From: a virus
Taxonomy: Duplodnaviria; Caudoviricetes
DNA length: 64,000 nucleotides
Direction: 5' to 3' (one strand)
IMG/VR virus record: IMGVR_UViG_3300009826_000020
Span: 1 to 64,000 of that record
Both the position numbers and the translations under genes were made by a program. Shown one piece after another: positions 63,101 to 64,000 of this stretch. The notes beneath the pieces are model-generated. The model searched no databases and was not told the DNA's origin. It saw nothing but the letters and a program-made list of their open reading frames with translations. Numbering within the stretch: position 1 is the stretch's first letter; each line of letters opens with the position of its first letter.

Positions 63101-63275
63101 CCGTAATGGTGCCATGAACGGTGGTGGGAATGTAACCCATCTGAACTTCAAGACCGGTTCGATTACTCTCCAAGTTCCAGCCAACAGTACACAGACACAA
63201 ATGGAAAATATCGCCAAGCAATTTGTGCAGGCAGTGTCCAAGCCTGGTGTCATCGCCGCCGTGAGGAGTAGCTGA
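60114..63275 (+). CDS. tape measure protein with C-terminal lytic transglycosylase
   Basis: 1053 aa after the chaperone; IIQKESGGNP...STGLMQLIPSTF...NIAAGIKYI. Confidence 0.9.
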   Translation: MPDGGGYGLGVLNPSTLKEFATGLGGISSQFTKLVSGVTNFGTAVSKTIQQANTQLDTLDKKFQSLVTRMGQMGAGGPSTGMGGGSGGTGSPSGLGSQWGSALTPAGTSVASGTPSLPKQPTNSIAGTSYPTQAPQAVSTPGVQTTAPNGGGAPLGSAEAAAKAFAPQPSQAAPAAPTQTTAGNGGWGPAPGATPAPTAPSGGNNWPTTPSAPETQTTSPNGGSGSTGGGGSMMQRAATSILPAAAGYAAGAVGEGGGGGAIATSVQGATIGQLLSGQNYTSAAAKQYYVMPKDMMAQSPADYAQGNYYAAQSMGLQPGVGGLTSQNFATVQKGTQQLMTLSPGMSYQSAMAAQNQMNQPQTLNAALRVGINLRPGGKMLTPEQQNEQIFNRMFQGKKPTKDEFDQVMSSGYGQSNLASIGITPGSDEYNQFMNYSRTKIGMQEQGKGMPDVGTKKGAQEAGLNTPYNDQLRVQSKESQLKSQAEPTLAKAADTLNKAANALLGAVQKIGATPGGGGGFFSQIGQHLGLTGGGGGGLLSGFSLHLQGGGEVPDVWQGDLNKTPMGKLPGVSSNFFKNIGRLFGGLNGEADTDKVPTLLSPGERVLSKSEKKSVEKSLAGQSGTSRGYWGPKVAGSQADSSTVAGLLSTKINDLDQTTVAYSLFNKPPDGSLISMMLSQGGQKGGGAQGGKPPDAWVEGQIDASGKTGQTGKASGTRTGQQTGGKTNANQPEESQKKKSGGILGTIGDVLGGVVKGVGGVVGSLLGGGAGLGGAGGGAGGLGGGPGGGLLGTGFAGAPAPSVGTLPWNYKMLTSTPVDMSSLFDKQSASSDDSSSDDSSSSVVGSAPSGNLKGWISQAMKITNVSGDAWTNGLNLIIQKESGGNPGVTNNWDSNAAAGHASTGLMQLIPSTFKANAVPGYDKNINDPVSNIAAGIKYIESRYHDISNVPGVKAVAAGGAYVGYARGTQRIAETQLALLHRGESVVPAADNYGTAPYNRNGAMNGGGNVTHLNFKTGSITLQVPANSTQTQMENIAKQFVQAVSKPGVIAAVRSS

Positions 63276-64000
63276 TGCCTGGTGACAAGCCTGGCGATCA
63301 GGCATACCAAGAGGCCCAGAAACACAAAGGTGCAGCCTATGTCTACGGTGCCCAGGGACCAGACACATTCGACTGCTCTGGGCTGATGGTCTACTCCTAC
63401 CTTCATGGTCCTGGGATCACAATCCCTCGGGTGGTGTCTGATATCTGGTCCAATCAAGCGGTGCTGAGCACGGTTATGCCTAAGGGCAGCAAGAACGCCA
63501 AGGATGTTAAGGAATCCGACCTTGAGGTCGGAGACATGCTGTGTTACCTACAGCCTGGCAATAATGGTCAGAACCAGCACGTAAAAATGTATGCGGGTGG
63601 TGGGCAGACCATCGAGGCTCCACACACAGGGGCCAATGTTTGCATGAATCCCTTAGACCTCAACGGGAGCGGCACTGAGCCATTTGTCGGGGCCAAGCGG
63701 GTGGGTGGTGGCGGGTCCTCCGGCGGGAGTGGTACTGACCAGGGTGACAACAAGAAATCTGACTCCCCCATTTCTGGATCCCAGGACACGGGGTCTGCTG
63801 ATACTGCCTATATAGATACAGCCCTGTCTGACCCCCGTAATAATCTTCCCTTTTCCCCGCTCTTCATGGGCAGTGCTGGTGGGTTCAAATTCACCTACCA
63901 GCCATCCCCGAACAGTCCTCTGCGTCAGGTTTCAGCCGCATGGCAGTTGGTACGTGGTGGCATTGTTCAGTTGCTGTCGACCTCGGACAAGAACCCCAAC
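63275..64000 (+). CDS. NlpC/P60 peptidase-domain tail/hub protein (truncated by window end)
   Basis: read by hand: YVYGAQGPDTFDCSGL...QHVKMYAGGGQTIEAPHTG; frame open to 64000. Confidence 0.85.
   Translation, partial: MPGDKPGDQAYQEAQKHKGAAYVYGAQGPDTFDCSGLMVYSYLHGPGITIPRVVSDIWSNQAVLSTVMPKGSKNAKDVKESDLEVGDMLCYLQPGNNGQNQHVKMYAGGGQTIEAPHTGANVCMNPLDLNGSGTEPFVGAKRVGGGGSSGGSGTDQGDNKKSDSPISGSQDTGSADTAYIDTALSDPRNNLPFSPLFMGSAGGFKFTYQPSPNSPLRQVSAAWQLVRGGIVQLLSTSDKNPN

Noticed and set aside
1-64000. Genome-wide stop-codon reassignment suggested by in-frame stop-then-start junctions
   Set aside because: TAA, TAG and TGA all end well-recognised genes at expected lengths, and each downstream gene has a normal start except 38285.
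1-64000. tRNA, rRNA, tmRNA or endolysin genes
   Set aside because: Intergenic gaps are short and show no cloverleaf or T-loop signatures by eye; no stand-alone amidase or muramidase ORF was recognised. tRNAscan and HMM searches would be needed to exclude them fully.

Overview
The window is part of a high-GC (roughly 60%+ by eye) contractile-tailed (myovirus-like) phage genome. Its host is almost certainly an actinobacterium: it carries two WhiB genes, leaderless TANNNT promoters and Streptomyces-type DnaA boxes. Its gene repertoire resembles Bxz1/cluster-C-like phages. There are five transcription blocks. (1) + strand 17-1682: ParB-like gene and small ORFs. (2) - strand 15445->1663: terminase, small internal-protein cluster, portal, scaffold, N4-gp56-type capsid. 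(3) + strand 15735-42729: initiator, WhiB, DnaC, DnaB, primase, SNF2, SSB, Pol A, RecA, two resolvases, Cas4-like nuclease, then tail fibres and baseplate. (4) - strand 55663->42726: neck, holin-like genes, collagen/lectin/GH16/NlpC receptor-binding array, 2OG-Fe(II) oxygenase. (5) + strand 55787-64000: sheath, tube, chaperone, tape measure, NlpC/P60 (truncated). No rRNA, tRNA, CRISPR array, integrase or recognisable endolysin was seen. Strongest unusual observations: (a) a gpI-like baseplate gene that appears split, with halves 38 kb apart on opposite strands that rejoin in frame through an inversion at short microhomologies; (b) an OmpA-like peptidoglycan-binding domain inserted into a loop of a tail-fibre paralogue, next to a LysM insertion; (c) an origin with perfect host DnaA boxes plus iteron-like repeats; (d) candidate recoding signals: an ATC start, a G_GAU_UUU -1 slip followed by a hairpin, and a UUU_CGU_UGA +1 slip; (e) a 2OG-Fe(II) oxygenase at the end of a collagen-fibre operon; (f) a zinc-finger insertion in the polymerase proofreading domain. 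All family assignments come from motif recognition by eye; no database searches were run.
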